A stretch of 64,000 nt of DNA from Diplonema japonicum (taxonomy: Eukaryota; Protista; Euglenozoa: Diplonemea), in the NCBI GenBank assembly GCA_964019335.1, contig OZ025718.1, positions 186,001 through 250,000 on the forward strand. Direction: 5' to 3'. Every line of letters begins with the position of its first letter. Within the stretch, counting starts at the first letter, position 1. A program made the position numbers and the translations under genes. The notes under the pieces were generated by a model. That model worked only from the letters and a program-made list of their open reading frames with translations. It was not told where the DNA came from and did no database searches. This document shows positions 11,710-21,173 of the stretch, one piece after another.

Positions 11710-12050
11710 AAAAAGAAGAAAAAAAAAAAAAAAGACAAATTAAGGGTACCTGCGGCATGTGGCAGGACACCAAAAGGGGGAAAAGTTGAAAGCACCTTGT
11801 TATTGTAGCTCCAAGGTTCTGCGTGAGGTCTGCGGGCTAACAACGAAGCCGTAGCCGCCCTTGAGGTGAAGACCTCAAGCCTTGCGGTTGATAAGCCTCT
11901 CTGCAGTACAGATGAAGCGGACAAAAGTGTAACACAAGGACTCGTGCGATTCCAAATGGATTTGAGCAATAGCAAGTCACACGAGAAGGGGATGCAGCAG
12001 CTACTAGTACCCCAGCGCTCTCTTGTCATATCAAACACACTCAAAAGATT
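11710..12050 (-). mobile_element. Degenerate 5'-truncated poly(T)-tailed retroposon, subfamily A
   Basis: The segment taagggtacctgcggcatgtggcaggac is shared with 13313-13340 and abuts an A run on the plus strand. The upstream relic frame (..TARLEVF..LLARRP) weakly resembles the C-terminal part of ORF 25975-26874. Confidence 0.6.
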
Positions 12051-12109
12051 CTCGAATTCTGCAGTTTATTTTTCGATTTCTTTCAAAAAGGGTTTGGCTA
12101 ACGTTGTTT

Positions 12110-13249
12110 TTAGAAACGAAGTTCAGCCCCATGTTCCTGTAACACTGGCAGCAAGTCGCGATGGCGGTATTGAAGAGCAAGGCTAGAGGGCGTGTCGCCA
12201 TCCTCACTCCTTGCATTCGGATCAGCCTTGTGCTCAAGCAGAATTGTACATCGGTTGAGGAAGCCCCATCTCGCCCCGTAGTGTAATGGGGTCCAGCCAT
12301 CGTTGTCACGCGCCTCAATGTTCGCCCCAAGCCCTAACAAAAACTGAATCGCTGACCTGGGCAAGCACCCGTCACAGATGGCATAGTGTAAAGGTGTCTT
12401 CCCGTTTTTGCATTTTAGATTGACATCGAGGTCTTCCCCCAAGAGGAGACGCCCCATTGCCTCGAGTTTTTGCCAGTTGATCGAGGTGTCCTTTAAAAAT
12501 AAGCACTGGAAGGGGGTCATCCCATTGGTGTCCTCCTCATGGATGTCTGAACCTAGCTTTATCATCTCTCGCATCAAACCTGTCGTGGTGGCGCCAGAGG
12601 TAGCGGCGACGTGAAGCGGTGAGCTGCCCTTGGGGTTCCTGTATTTCAGTATGGTTTTGCCATGATCGGAGCGCACCAAGAGCTCCGCTACATAGTGACC
12701 ATCTTTACAGCGGAATGCAAGGTGAAGCGGGGTGTCACCTGTTTGGGGTATTTTTTTTTGGGGGGGGGGGAAATTGAAAAAAAAAAAAAAAAAGAATAAC
12801 CCCTAAAACGCCCGCGCGGACGTTTTTGTCCTTATTTCAAAATTTGCTTTTTCGCTAAGTACTTTTTTTTGAACACGGCCCCTGGACTTCAAAATATGGC
12901 GCGGTTTATTTTGTCTTGGAACTACATTTTGCGTTAAAAGTTTTGTTTTAATTGAAACCGGCAGGGTTGGCTTAAAATGAAATCAGATGGTCAAAATAGC
13001 AGCGAAAACGTGAGTCTCCCCCGACTGGTCAGATAAAGAAGAAAAAGACGATGAGGCGGTCAAAGAGGGGCCGGAAACGATGCTTGGGTGGAGAAATACT
13101 CCCAAAGGCCCGAAACATATCATTTCCGTGAAAAGGTGGGCTCAGGACACCTCTAGGTGAAGCGGCCAATGAGGAGGGTGTTTTTAATCTTTTTTTTACA
13201 CACGCAGTACTTGAGCTCATAGTTTCTTCCACGAACGGTCGTTTCGATT

Positions 13250-13307
<58 letters not shown>

Positions 13308-15733
13308 ACATTTAAGGGTACCTGCGGTATGTGGCAGGACGCCTGAAGAGTCTCAATCTATCTCTTGATCGAACCTTTCTGCTGTGGTGTGGCCTTCGGC
13401 CCCTCGTTCACCAAAAACAGCGGAATCTGAATCTTTCCATCCCAGAGTACAAAATTTGGCTTGGGTTGGTCCTGTTAATGGGCTTACGCTCGGCACCGAA
13501 CATGAAGAGCTACTGGACAACAAATTCTATTTTAACCATCCCGGCTTTTGAGAAAATGAGCAAACCGATTCGTTGACATGCAGCGCTACCTCACCTTTGA
13601 CAACCTGGAAAACATCAATAAGGCCCGAAACTGCACCTCATGCGCAGGTTTCTTGACATCATTGTCAACCGGTGTAGGACTGTGCGGACCCCCTAGCAAG
13701 TGGTTGTCTGTTGACGACAGTGTTATCCCGACAACAATAAAAGTCATGGCACCACGAAAAAACAACTCGGTGGGCATCAAGGTGATCGCTACATGCGACT
13801 CATAAAGCGGTTACCTGGCGAAGTTCAACATTTTCAGCAAGAAGTCCACAACACAGGACCTAGTCATGCGTACTGTCGACTCCTAAGGGTTTGCTGTCGA
13901 CCCCTGACCGGCAAGACCAGCTCCAGGGGACTCGAGTTCGGCATATTGAAAACCCGGAAGTGGACCATGGTCGTTTTTTGCGTGTTTCCGTGTCCTTTGG
14001 GTCCCCACCAGGGTAAATTCTAATGTTAAGCGCGCACCCCGACGGAGTACACCTTAAAGCCGTAGCGCTTGCGTTTAGCTGGTTGAAAAACGCTGTGCTT
14101 AAGGCGGGAGAAGGAGCGAATCAATGCTCAGCCCTTGACCGGGGGTGGTATGCAGCTTTCCAGCTGGGGGAGTCCTGGAATGCAGCATCTCCACTTTTGA
14201 TAGTGTCCCGTTGCCCTGTGAGCCAAAGTGGACACAACAAGAAGATATGGAGAAATGTGTCGCGGCCCAGGACACGGCCTATGTAAGGCGTTGTAATCTC
14301 TTCCGTTGTAGACCAGTAGTCCTTGACGCCCACCCTGCAGACTTCGTCCATCAAGGCGGGCAGAACCCAGACGGCGATCCAGGTGTTCAGTTGTACCACG
14401 TCTGCGTCGAATGTGGTGCCCTTGGATGTGGTGCCCTTGGATGTGGCATACACCTTTGAACAGCTGATAATGGACCTCAGCAAGCTGTTTGCGATAAACA
14501 AACTGAAAAGTTGTAGCCTATCCATGTTGCTGTTCGATGTTGCTGGACTCCTGTACCCATGTCATTTCTTGGCCGGTATACGGTTGATATTTGTCCCCCA
14601 ACGCACACCACCCTCATCTGAGGTGGTGCTGGAGTTGGAAGAAGCTCTTCAGAAGGTCCTGAGAAGCTGCTCTCAAATAATAAGTACAAAAGGACACCAA
14701 GCAACCCCCTTGGGGACGGGTTTTTGTGTTTGTTCTTCGCGCAAAAGGGTATTTCAAATAAAAAAGAATTGCGGAGTGCATGGGGGTGCTCACTGTGGTG
14801 ACAAGAGTGGGGAGAAAAGATAATTTTTCTTAAGGACACATATGTCCTCATGGTCCTTTAGTGGTTAATAAAAAAAAGAACAGAGTACACCATACCATTG
14901 GAGTTCGTTGCTGTCACATCAGCACCGTGCTTCAACAGGAGGGAGACAAAGCATCCGGTGTGGTCAAAGTTGGCGGCAGTGTGGAGGGGAGTTTCTTTAC
15001 GGACGTTACGAACATTTACGTCTGCCCCGTGCTGTAGGAGAAGTGTGGCGGCGTTCAAATTGCTTTCCTTGCACGCGCGGTGCAGCGCCGTGCAGCCATC
15101 ACCGTTGGCTGCATTCACATCTCTTGCGTGTTGCAAAATCACAGCGAAGTACCTGGTGGCACACACAGCCTCATGAAGAAGCGTGGTTTCGTTACGGTAA
15201 ATCCACAAGCCCGTATGCACACTTGCTGAGGTGCGGGATAAAAGCAAGTCAACGCTTGTTAAGTAGGTGTATCTGATTTCTGATATTATTATCTCGTAAA
15301 TGAATCTTGCTGTTCTTTCCGGGTTGTCGCACAGCCCAGCGTCAATGAAAAGATCGAGTATGTCGCACAGCGACGCGTTCCCAATCTCATTATTGGTGAA
15401 GAATTTCCCGGCCTTAAACCTTGAGACCAACGTTGAAAAACTAGAGCACCCTATTTCGTCCAGTTTCATTTTAGCCCCGACAGCTTTGTCCAGTTCCACC
15501 TGCAGCTCGCTCTCATCTTCAAAAGGGAGATCGCCGACGTTTCTTCCATCATGCTTGTCTCCAACTTCATAACCGTCAAATGTTAAGGCAAATATTTCTA
15601 AAGATATCCCGGCTAACGTTGCGATTCTGTCCTTCACATCTCTCATCCCCTCGGTTGCTCCTGCTTCTATGCAGATGACTTCGCGGGATGGGAGAACAGC
15701 CTGTAGGCTCACAGACGGACCGTGTGTATCCAT
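12110..15733 (-). CDS. Ubiquitin-like N-terminal domain + ankyrin-repeat protein, 2 exons (15733-14896, 12738-12110)
   Basis: Donor AAT G|GTATGG at 14895 and acceptor CAAACAG|GT GAC at 12739 join to give the intact ankyrin motif ATNSNGDTPLHLA. The intron is 2157 nt. Confidence 0.85.
12800..13900 (+). mobile_element. piggyBac relic A (left end + disrupted transposase 5' half)
   Basis: End (A)TAA|CCCCTAAAACG. Relic peptides FNLFFTHAVLELIVSSTN, IWLGLVLLMGL..NMKSYWTT, LSVDDSVIP, PRKNNSVGIKVIATCDS..GY, with stops and frameshifts. Confidence 0.85.
13251..13412 (-). mobile_element. 5'-truncated retroposon with T54 3' tail inserted in piggyBac A transposase
   Basis: Minus strand encodes VNEGPKATPQQKGSIKR*, matching the C-terminus GTKARLQKGSIKR* of ORF 25975-26874. 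It is followed by hairpin CCTGC/GCAGG, CCCTTAA, and T54. Confidence 0.85.
13930..14864 (-). mobile_element. piggyBac relic B (left end + disrupted transposase 5' half)
   Basis: End TTAA|CCACTAAAGGACC at 14864-14868 (minus). Peptides LFSLFI, VKDYWST..TPYIGRVLGRDTFLHI, PGQGLSID, QPAKRKRYGFKVY. Confidence 0.85.
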
Positions 15734-15887
15734 TTTTTTTTTTTAATTTTATTTTTCTTTCTTGGTGGCATGTTGAGGAAAGAATGTAAAAAAGAAGAAA
15801 AAAAAAGGGAAAAATTAAATAAAACTTATGGGGGGGGGAGGAAAAAAAACAAAAGAGAGGGAAGAGAAAAATACAAAAAAAAAATTA

Positions 15888-16050
15888 TGAATATATGTCT
15901 TTGTTGTTCGCACGAGCAAAAAAAAAAAAGTTTTAAAAAACTGCGAAAGTTTTTTTTCTTTCTTTTTTTTTTTTTTTTTTTTTTTGCTCGGCACAAGTTG
16001 CATTTAGTTATAAAAATTATTTTTTTTTGAAAAGATAACTATTTGTAACA
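15888..16050 (+). repeat. Dispersed ~140-bp repeat family R1 with internal inverted repeat (CGAGCAAAA/TTTTGCTCG)
   Basis: Inverted copy at 34401-34540, partial inverted copy at 42495-42570, and an interrupted copy at 44078-44151 + 45687-45725. Confidence 0.8.
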
Positions 16051-16229
16051 AAAAAAAACCCCCCCCACTTTTTTTTTGTAAGAGGGGCGACGGGGGGGGG
16101 GGAAATTTTTTTTTTCACAACACAAAAAAAGAAAAATTATATTTTAAGAAAAAAAACAAACGTATTAAAAAAAAAAAAGCTTGTAAAAACTTTCCCCCCC
16201 CCCCCCCCCCTGTGTTCATTCCGTTCCTT

Positions 16230-17399
16230 TTAAAAGTGTTTGTCGCGGTAAGTCAAAGTGTTGTAAGAGTCCGCTGAAATAGCTTTTCCAACGAAATCGG
16301 TGGCCGCCTTTGTATCTTGAGGGAACGATCTAGTAGTGTAATTTGTGTCTGAGTAGTTTGTATAAGGCGTGGCACCACCACTGCTAGCCACAGGCTGCGG
16401 CGCCGTCTTCTTGCTGCGGAAGGACTGAAGCAGGTTCTCCTTGTAACTACGAGCAGCTTCTGTTCCAGAAACCGACCCCGATTCATCACACCCAGATGTA
16501 GTAGCATAACTGCTAGAGTCAGATCTTGACGATGGCCGTGAGTCAGAGGTTCGGTGGCGGTACTTCATGAGCTCTAAATCACGGAAAGATCTCCCTGCCG
16601 CTGCGATATCTTCAAAACTAGAGCGTGTGCTGTTGAGGTCTTCGCCAGAACTGTTCTCCTCCGCGTGGTGGACGTGGTGCTGCATTCTCGCAAACTGTTC
16701 CAGCTCGCTTGTACATTGTTCGATAGACTGTTTTAGATTTTCGTTGTTGGGGTCCAGTTGCAGCCCTTTACAGTACGCTTCCTTCGCCTTCTCGAACTTT
16801 CTCTGCTTGAACAACGCATCGCCCATCCTCGACCAACCTTTGAACCATGATGTTTTCAAATCAACACATTTCTCCGCGTCTTGCAAAGCAAGCAATGGCC
16901 CCGATATCATAGGGGATTGAAGGTACGCTGCCGATCTGTTGCTGTACAGAACAGGGTCGTTGTTCTTGACCTCCATGGCGCGGGTGTACAGGCGTATCGC
17001 GTTTGTGTAGTTCTTTGCTTGGAAGCATTTGTTTCCGATTTCTTTCAGTTGTGTGGGTGAGGTGTCGGGTCCTACTGTGTCGACTTCCCGTTGAAGATCT
17101 GGAGATAACGCTGTTTCAGACCTCCTCCCTGCTTTGGGTTTCCCGCCTCCCATATGTGCGGCGCCTGCTTCATAGACAGGTGGGTTCGGGGACCGCCTGC
17201 CGTAGCAAGGTGGGCTTTTCATCTCTTCCGACGTTTCGTCGAAAACTACCTTGTTGCAACTCCCCTTTTCAGAGGCTCTGATTTTGTCCCAACCGTCCGT
17301 TCCCCCGCTTGACTTGAGGCTGCTTTTTGCAGGAACAGCAACAATGTCGTCTTCAGTCATCCCGAGACTAGAGAGGAACCCGGCCCTTGGGTCATCCAT
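16230..17399 (-). CDS. STI1-like TPR domain protein
   Basis: LKEIGNKCF...YSNRSAAYL...DAEKCV...KGWSRMGDAL: a TPR carboxylate-clamp pattern. Confidence 0.85.
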   Translation of the reverse strand: MDDPRAGFLSSLGMTEDDIVAVPAKSSLKSSGGTDGWDKIRASEKGSCNKVVFDETSEEMKSPPCYGRRSPNPPVYEAGAAHMGGGKPKAGRRSETALSPDLQREVDTVGPDTSPTQLKEIGNKCFQAKNYTNAIRLYTRAMEVKNNDPVLYSNRSAAYLQSPMISGPLLALQDAEKCVDLKTSWFKGWSRMGDALFKQRKFEKAKEAYCKGLQLDPNNENLKQSIEQCTSELEQFARMQHHVHHAEENSSGEDLNSTRSSFEDIAAAGRSFRDLELMKYRHRTSDSRPSSRSDSSSYATTSGCDESGSVSGTEAARSYKENLLQSFRSKKTAPQPVASSGGATPYTNYSDTNYTTRSFPQDTKAATDFVGKAISADSYNTLTYRDKHF

Positions 17400-17545
17400 G
17401 ATTAAAAAAAAAAAAAAAAAAAAAATCTATATTGTAGAAAAAATTCGGTTGGGAAGGAAAAAAAAGAAGGGGGAAAAAAAAAAAAAAAAAAAAAAAGAGG
17501 GGTGAAAAATATACATGGTTTCTTTTAAAAAAAAAAAAAGGGTAT

Positions 17546-18964
17546 TTACTTCTTCTTCTTGCCTTTCTTCTTCCCAGAGGACAAGGACTGTCGGACTAGG
17601 TATGCTTTGAATGCGGCTTGTAAGCGGGTGCTGGCTTCTCGTTTAGCGGCTTCGAGGTCTTCCTCGCGCTGCTTTTGCTGACGTTCTTTTTCGTCGAGTT
17701 CGCGCCGCAGATCTCGTTTCTGCTTCTCAGCAGAGGACATCGTTGTGGCGTCGTGTAGGCGGGTTTCGAGCAGTTCCTTGGCCTTCCTTTCGTTCTGGTA
17801 GCTCTCCTCCATCTGCCGCTGGCGATCTGTTTGCTTCTCGGCCCACTCCTTTGTGTTCCCTGTCGTCTCTTCGATCTTCCCTTGCAGGTGCTTCCGCAGT
17901 TGGGTGTGTACCTTTATAAAATAGTTGTTTAAATAATCACACACCTGTTTCTCTATCGCAATTTGTTCTTTTAGCATCTCGATTTTCTCCTTCAGCTCCC
18001 GCTGGCGATTTCTTCCTTTTCGAGCCTTTTTTTTTTTTTGTTTTTTTTTTTTTGTTTTTGTTACCTGAGCCTCGGCGCGTGCTTCTGTTTCGCCTTTTTT
18101 CCGGTCGTAATTTTCAGCGCTCTCTTGTCGGAGTTTTCTCACCTTCACCTTCAGCTCGGAGAGCTGTTGTTGGCGTTCCTCGAGCTCCCGCTCCTTCATT
18201 CCACGCTCGAGCGCAACGTCGTTTTGCAGTGTCTTGACGTTCTGGTTGGTCTCCTTCTCACGCTTAACGATGTCGTCTGCCCAGATCTGTTCGTTTTGGT
18301 CATCGATGACCTTAACCGCAAATGATTCATACGTGGCAAGCCCGGCGTTCTGGTTTGCCATGTTAGGACGAATGCTTCGTTGTGATTCTGCCTGAGAGAG
18401 GTCATCGGGGTATGACATAGTTGTGTCGTGAGGCTTGCGAGCGGCAGTACAGGTTTGGCAGGATGTGGAGAGCTCTTTCGAGCATGATTGGAGGAGTTGG
18501 ATGAGTTCGTTTCTGCCTGTTACGACCTTGTTCCAGTTGTTGGAGTCGTTTGGGTTTTCTTTGAGCTGCCGGCAGAGGTCTCTTGAATACTCTTTGAGGT
18601 TTTTCGAAACTTTTTCGAGTTCTTCCTTGTGTCGGCGATGCTCTGAATCGTCTATTGAATCGAAGCATGTCAGGTCCAGAACGGGGTCCAAAGGGTTTGA
18701 CTGTACAGTAGCTGTGACCTTGAGAAGCTCGTCGTATCGCTGTTCCATTTTTCTTTGATTTTCTAAGATTGCGCCGACGCCTGAAGTACCGTCACCGACG
18801 GCGGCTTCTTCTACATCAACCTCCTCATGGCTCAGGATTGAGAGGAGTTGTAGTTTTTCGATGCATCTTAATAGAACGGCGTTCACCCTGTGTGCTTCTA
18901 AAGGAGAACACATTGCGTTCAGATCCTTCGCCTGTGCCCCGGTGGGGCTTTTTTGTACTTCCAT
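17546..18964 (-). CDS. DRC9: Dynein regulatory complex subunit 9 (IQCG-like)
   Basis: Coiled coil with ATYESF..DDIVKREKE, a C-terminal IQ motif (RLQAAFKAYLVRQ) and a basic tail. In-frame introns at 18026-18064 and 17912-17944. Confidence 0.75.
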   Translation of the reverse strand: MEVQKSPTGAQAKDLNAMCSPLEAHRVNAVLLRCIEKLQLLSILSHEEVDVEEAAVGDGTSGVGAILENQRKMEQRYDELLKVTATVQSNPLDPVLDLTCFDSIDDSEHRRHKEELEKVSKNLKEYSRDLCRQLKENPNDSNNWNKVVTGRNELIQLLQSCSKELSTSCQTCTAARKPHDTTMSYPDDLSQAESQRSIRPNMANQNAGLATYESFAVKVIDDQNEQIWADDIVKREKETNQNVKTLQNDVALERGMKERELEERQQQLSELKVKVRKLRQESAENYDRKKGETEARAEAQVTKTKKKKQKKKKARKGRNRQRELKEKIEMLKEQIAIEKQVCDYLNNYFIKVHTQLRKHLQGKIEETTGNTKEWAEKQTDRQRQMEESYQNERKAKELLETRLHDATTMSSAEKQKRDLRRELDEKERQQKQREEDLEAAKREASTRLQAAFKAYLVRQSLSSGKKKGKKKK

Positions 18965-19098
18965 TTTTTTTTTTTCTTTTTTTTTTTCCCCTTTCTCCCC
19001 GCGATTTTTTTCTTTTGGTTTTTCTTTTTTTGAAGTGGTGGTAGGGGGGGGGGTAGAAAAAAAATTCCCCTAAGAAAAAAAATGAAAAAGATAATAAT

Positions 19099-19133
<35 letters not shown>

Positions 19134-19460
19134 AATAAAGGCACAGTAATGCTACTTTATTCCCCTCTCCCCCTTTTTTTTTCCTCCCCTTGTCGAACAG
19201 CGAAAAAAGACACGGGAGGGGGGGGAAGGAAAAAAAAACCCAGGGGACAAACCCTTGTGGTGCTCCCTTTTTTTTCTTCCCCCCCCTTTTGTCTTTTTTT
19301 TTTAAAGGTAAAAATGTTTCCTTTTTTTAACTATTCCCGACGGGATGCCATTTTTTTTTTAAAAGATTCTTTTTTTAAAAAGAGGATAGTATAAAGAACA
19401 GTGGAGGCAAGATCAACAACTCCTTTTTTTTTTCTTCTTCTTTTTTTTTTTTTTTTTTTC

Positions 19461-20797
19461 TCACCCCTGCTGGGCTGTCTCCAGATTTTGCAAAACAAAC
19501 GAATATTCTGAACCCCCTTCACCACCCAATTCTTGCAATATCCTCAAGGCCTTTGTGTAGTCCTGGACGGCCGCATTCTGGCGATCCATCCTGTGGTATA
19601 TCGTGGCTCTTGTGTTGTAAGCAATCCATGACTCTTCAATTCTCAAAGCTGTTTCGATCTCCCTTATAGCCTGCATGTGAGCATCAAGGTTGGCAGCGTT
19701 CATAGAAATAATGTCAGCTCGTTCACAGTACGCCACCTTATATTTTGTTTTTTTAAAAAAAAAAAAAAAAGATAATAATAAAAAAGGACCCGTCACTATA
19801 CCATGCATTTTTCGTCTGTTCTTATTGCGTTTGACAAATCCCGTAATGCTGCTTCGGTCTGCCCGTTTGCTCTGTTGATGAACCCCCTGTTCAGGTATGC
19901 CTCGCTGTTGTCGACATCCAGTTGAATTGCTTTTGAAAAGGCGTCGAAAGCGCGTTTTAAATCGGTCTTCGCGTAGGCCCGGCCGAGAATACCGTAGAAT
20001 TCTGCACAATCAGGGGACATTTCAATGGCTTTATTGATTTCTTTCAAGCATTTTTCAGACCCGGGGCCGTGCGCGCGGAGGAGCGCGTCAGCTATCCCTG
20101 CGTGCGCTTCGGCAGTATCGTCTATCTCTAATGATGTTTCAAAATCCTTGACGGCTTCTTCATACGCGGCAAGCTTGATCAACACTGTACCTCGTTTAAT
20201 ATACAAATGGGATTTCTGTTCAGGTGTTGTGTCGATAGCGCCAGTCCACGCTGTGACAGATTCCTCCAGATTGTTGAGCATTTCCAGGGCAAGGGCTTTA
20301 TTTGACAGAGACTCTGTTTGGTGTTTTGGGTTCACCTCTATTTGTTGCGTGCAGTCTTCCACACACATTTGATACATTTCCAGGTAGAAATACGCCACTG
20401 CTCTGTTGTTGTAGGCATTTTCGTGTGCTGGATCTTCTTGTATAGCTGCGTCGAAACATTTTATTGCCTCTGTGTATTGCTCTGTTTCAATCAGTTTTTT
20501 CCCCTTCGCCACGTTTGGGTCTGTTTCAGCGCCTGTCCAGTCTATCTTGGGCAGGACCTTTGCCATTGTCACGACCGCGCCGGCGAGGACACCCGCAACG
20601 CTTAGTACCCTTCCTAGTGGGCTTGTCTCGGTTTGGGTTGCACCACCTTCCATTTGCATTACCGGTGATACTTGCGCGCTTTCCAGCATAGTCATTGCTT
20701 GACGTGTGGTCATTGCACCGGTGGCCACGCTTACAGCGGCCGGTCCCAGCTCCTTTAGCAGGCTTATCACCCCCTCCAGAGCTATGTCATTGTCCAT
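19461..20797 (-). CDS. Multi-TPR protein with a possible N-terminal membrane segment
   Basis: Repeated TPRs (AYNNRAVAY, AYLNRGFI, AYNTRATIY). Intron 19737-19801 joins the two ORFs. Confidence 0.85.
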
Positions 20798-20978
20798 TTC
20801 TTTTATTACTTTTTTTTTTTAAATACGAGAAAAACTTCCCCCCCCCCCCCCTGTGTGTTAATTTATAACGTGGAAGTGTGGGGGGAAGAGAAAAAAAAAG
20901 AAGGGTGGGACCAACGGCGAAAATATTTTTTTTTCTTTTTTCTTCTCACTATGACGGGAGAGGTGTTATCAAAACACC

Positions 20979-21009
<31 letters not shown>

Positions 21010-21098
21010 GAAGGGAGGGAATAAAAAAAACTGGGGGAAAACGAAAATAACAAGGGGGCCTTCCTTCTCACCAGAATGGAAACACTGGGATAGACAGG

Positions 21099-21156
<58 letters not shown>

Positions 21157-21173
21157 GCTAAAAAAGAAACAAA

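Noticed and set aside
11739-11770. TTAAGG at repeat ends read as the TTAA target site of a piggyBac/Kolobok MITE
   Set aside because: There is no partner TIR, conserved sequence continues past TTAA to the tail, and the 13251 copy carries a retroelement-like ORF end.
14413-14447. 15-bp tandem duplication gtggtgcccttggat
   Set aside because: A local duplication inside a dead transposase; not CRISPR-like.
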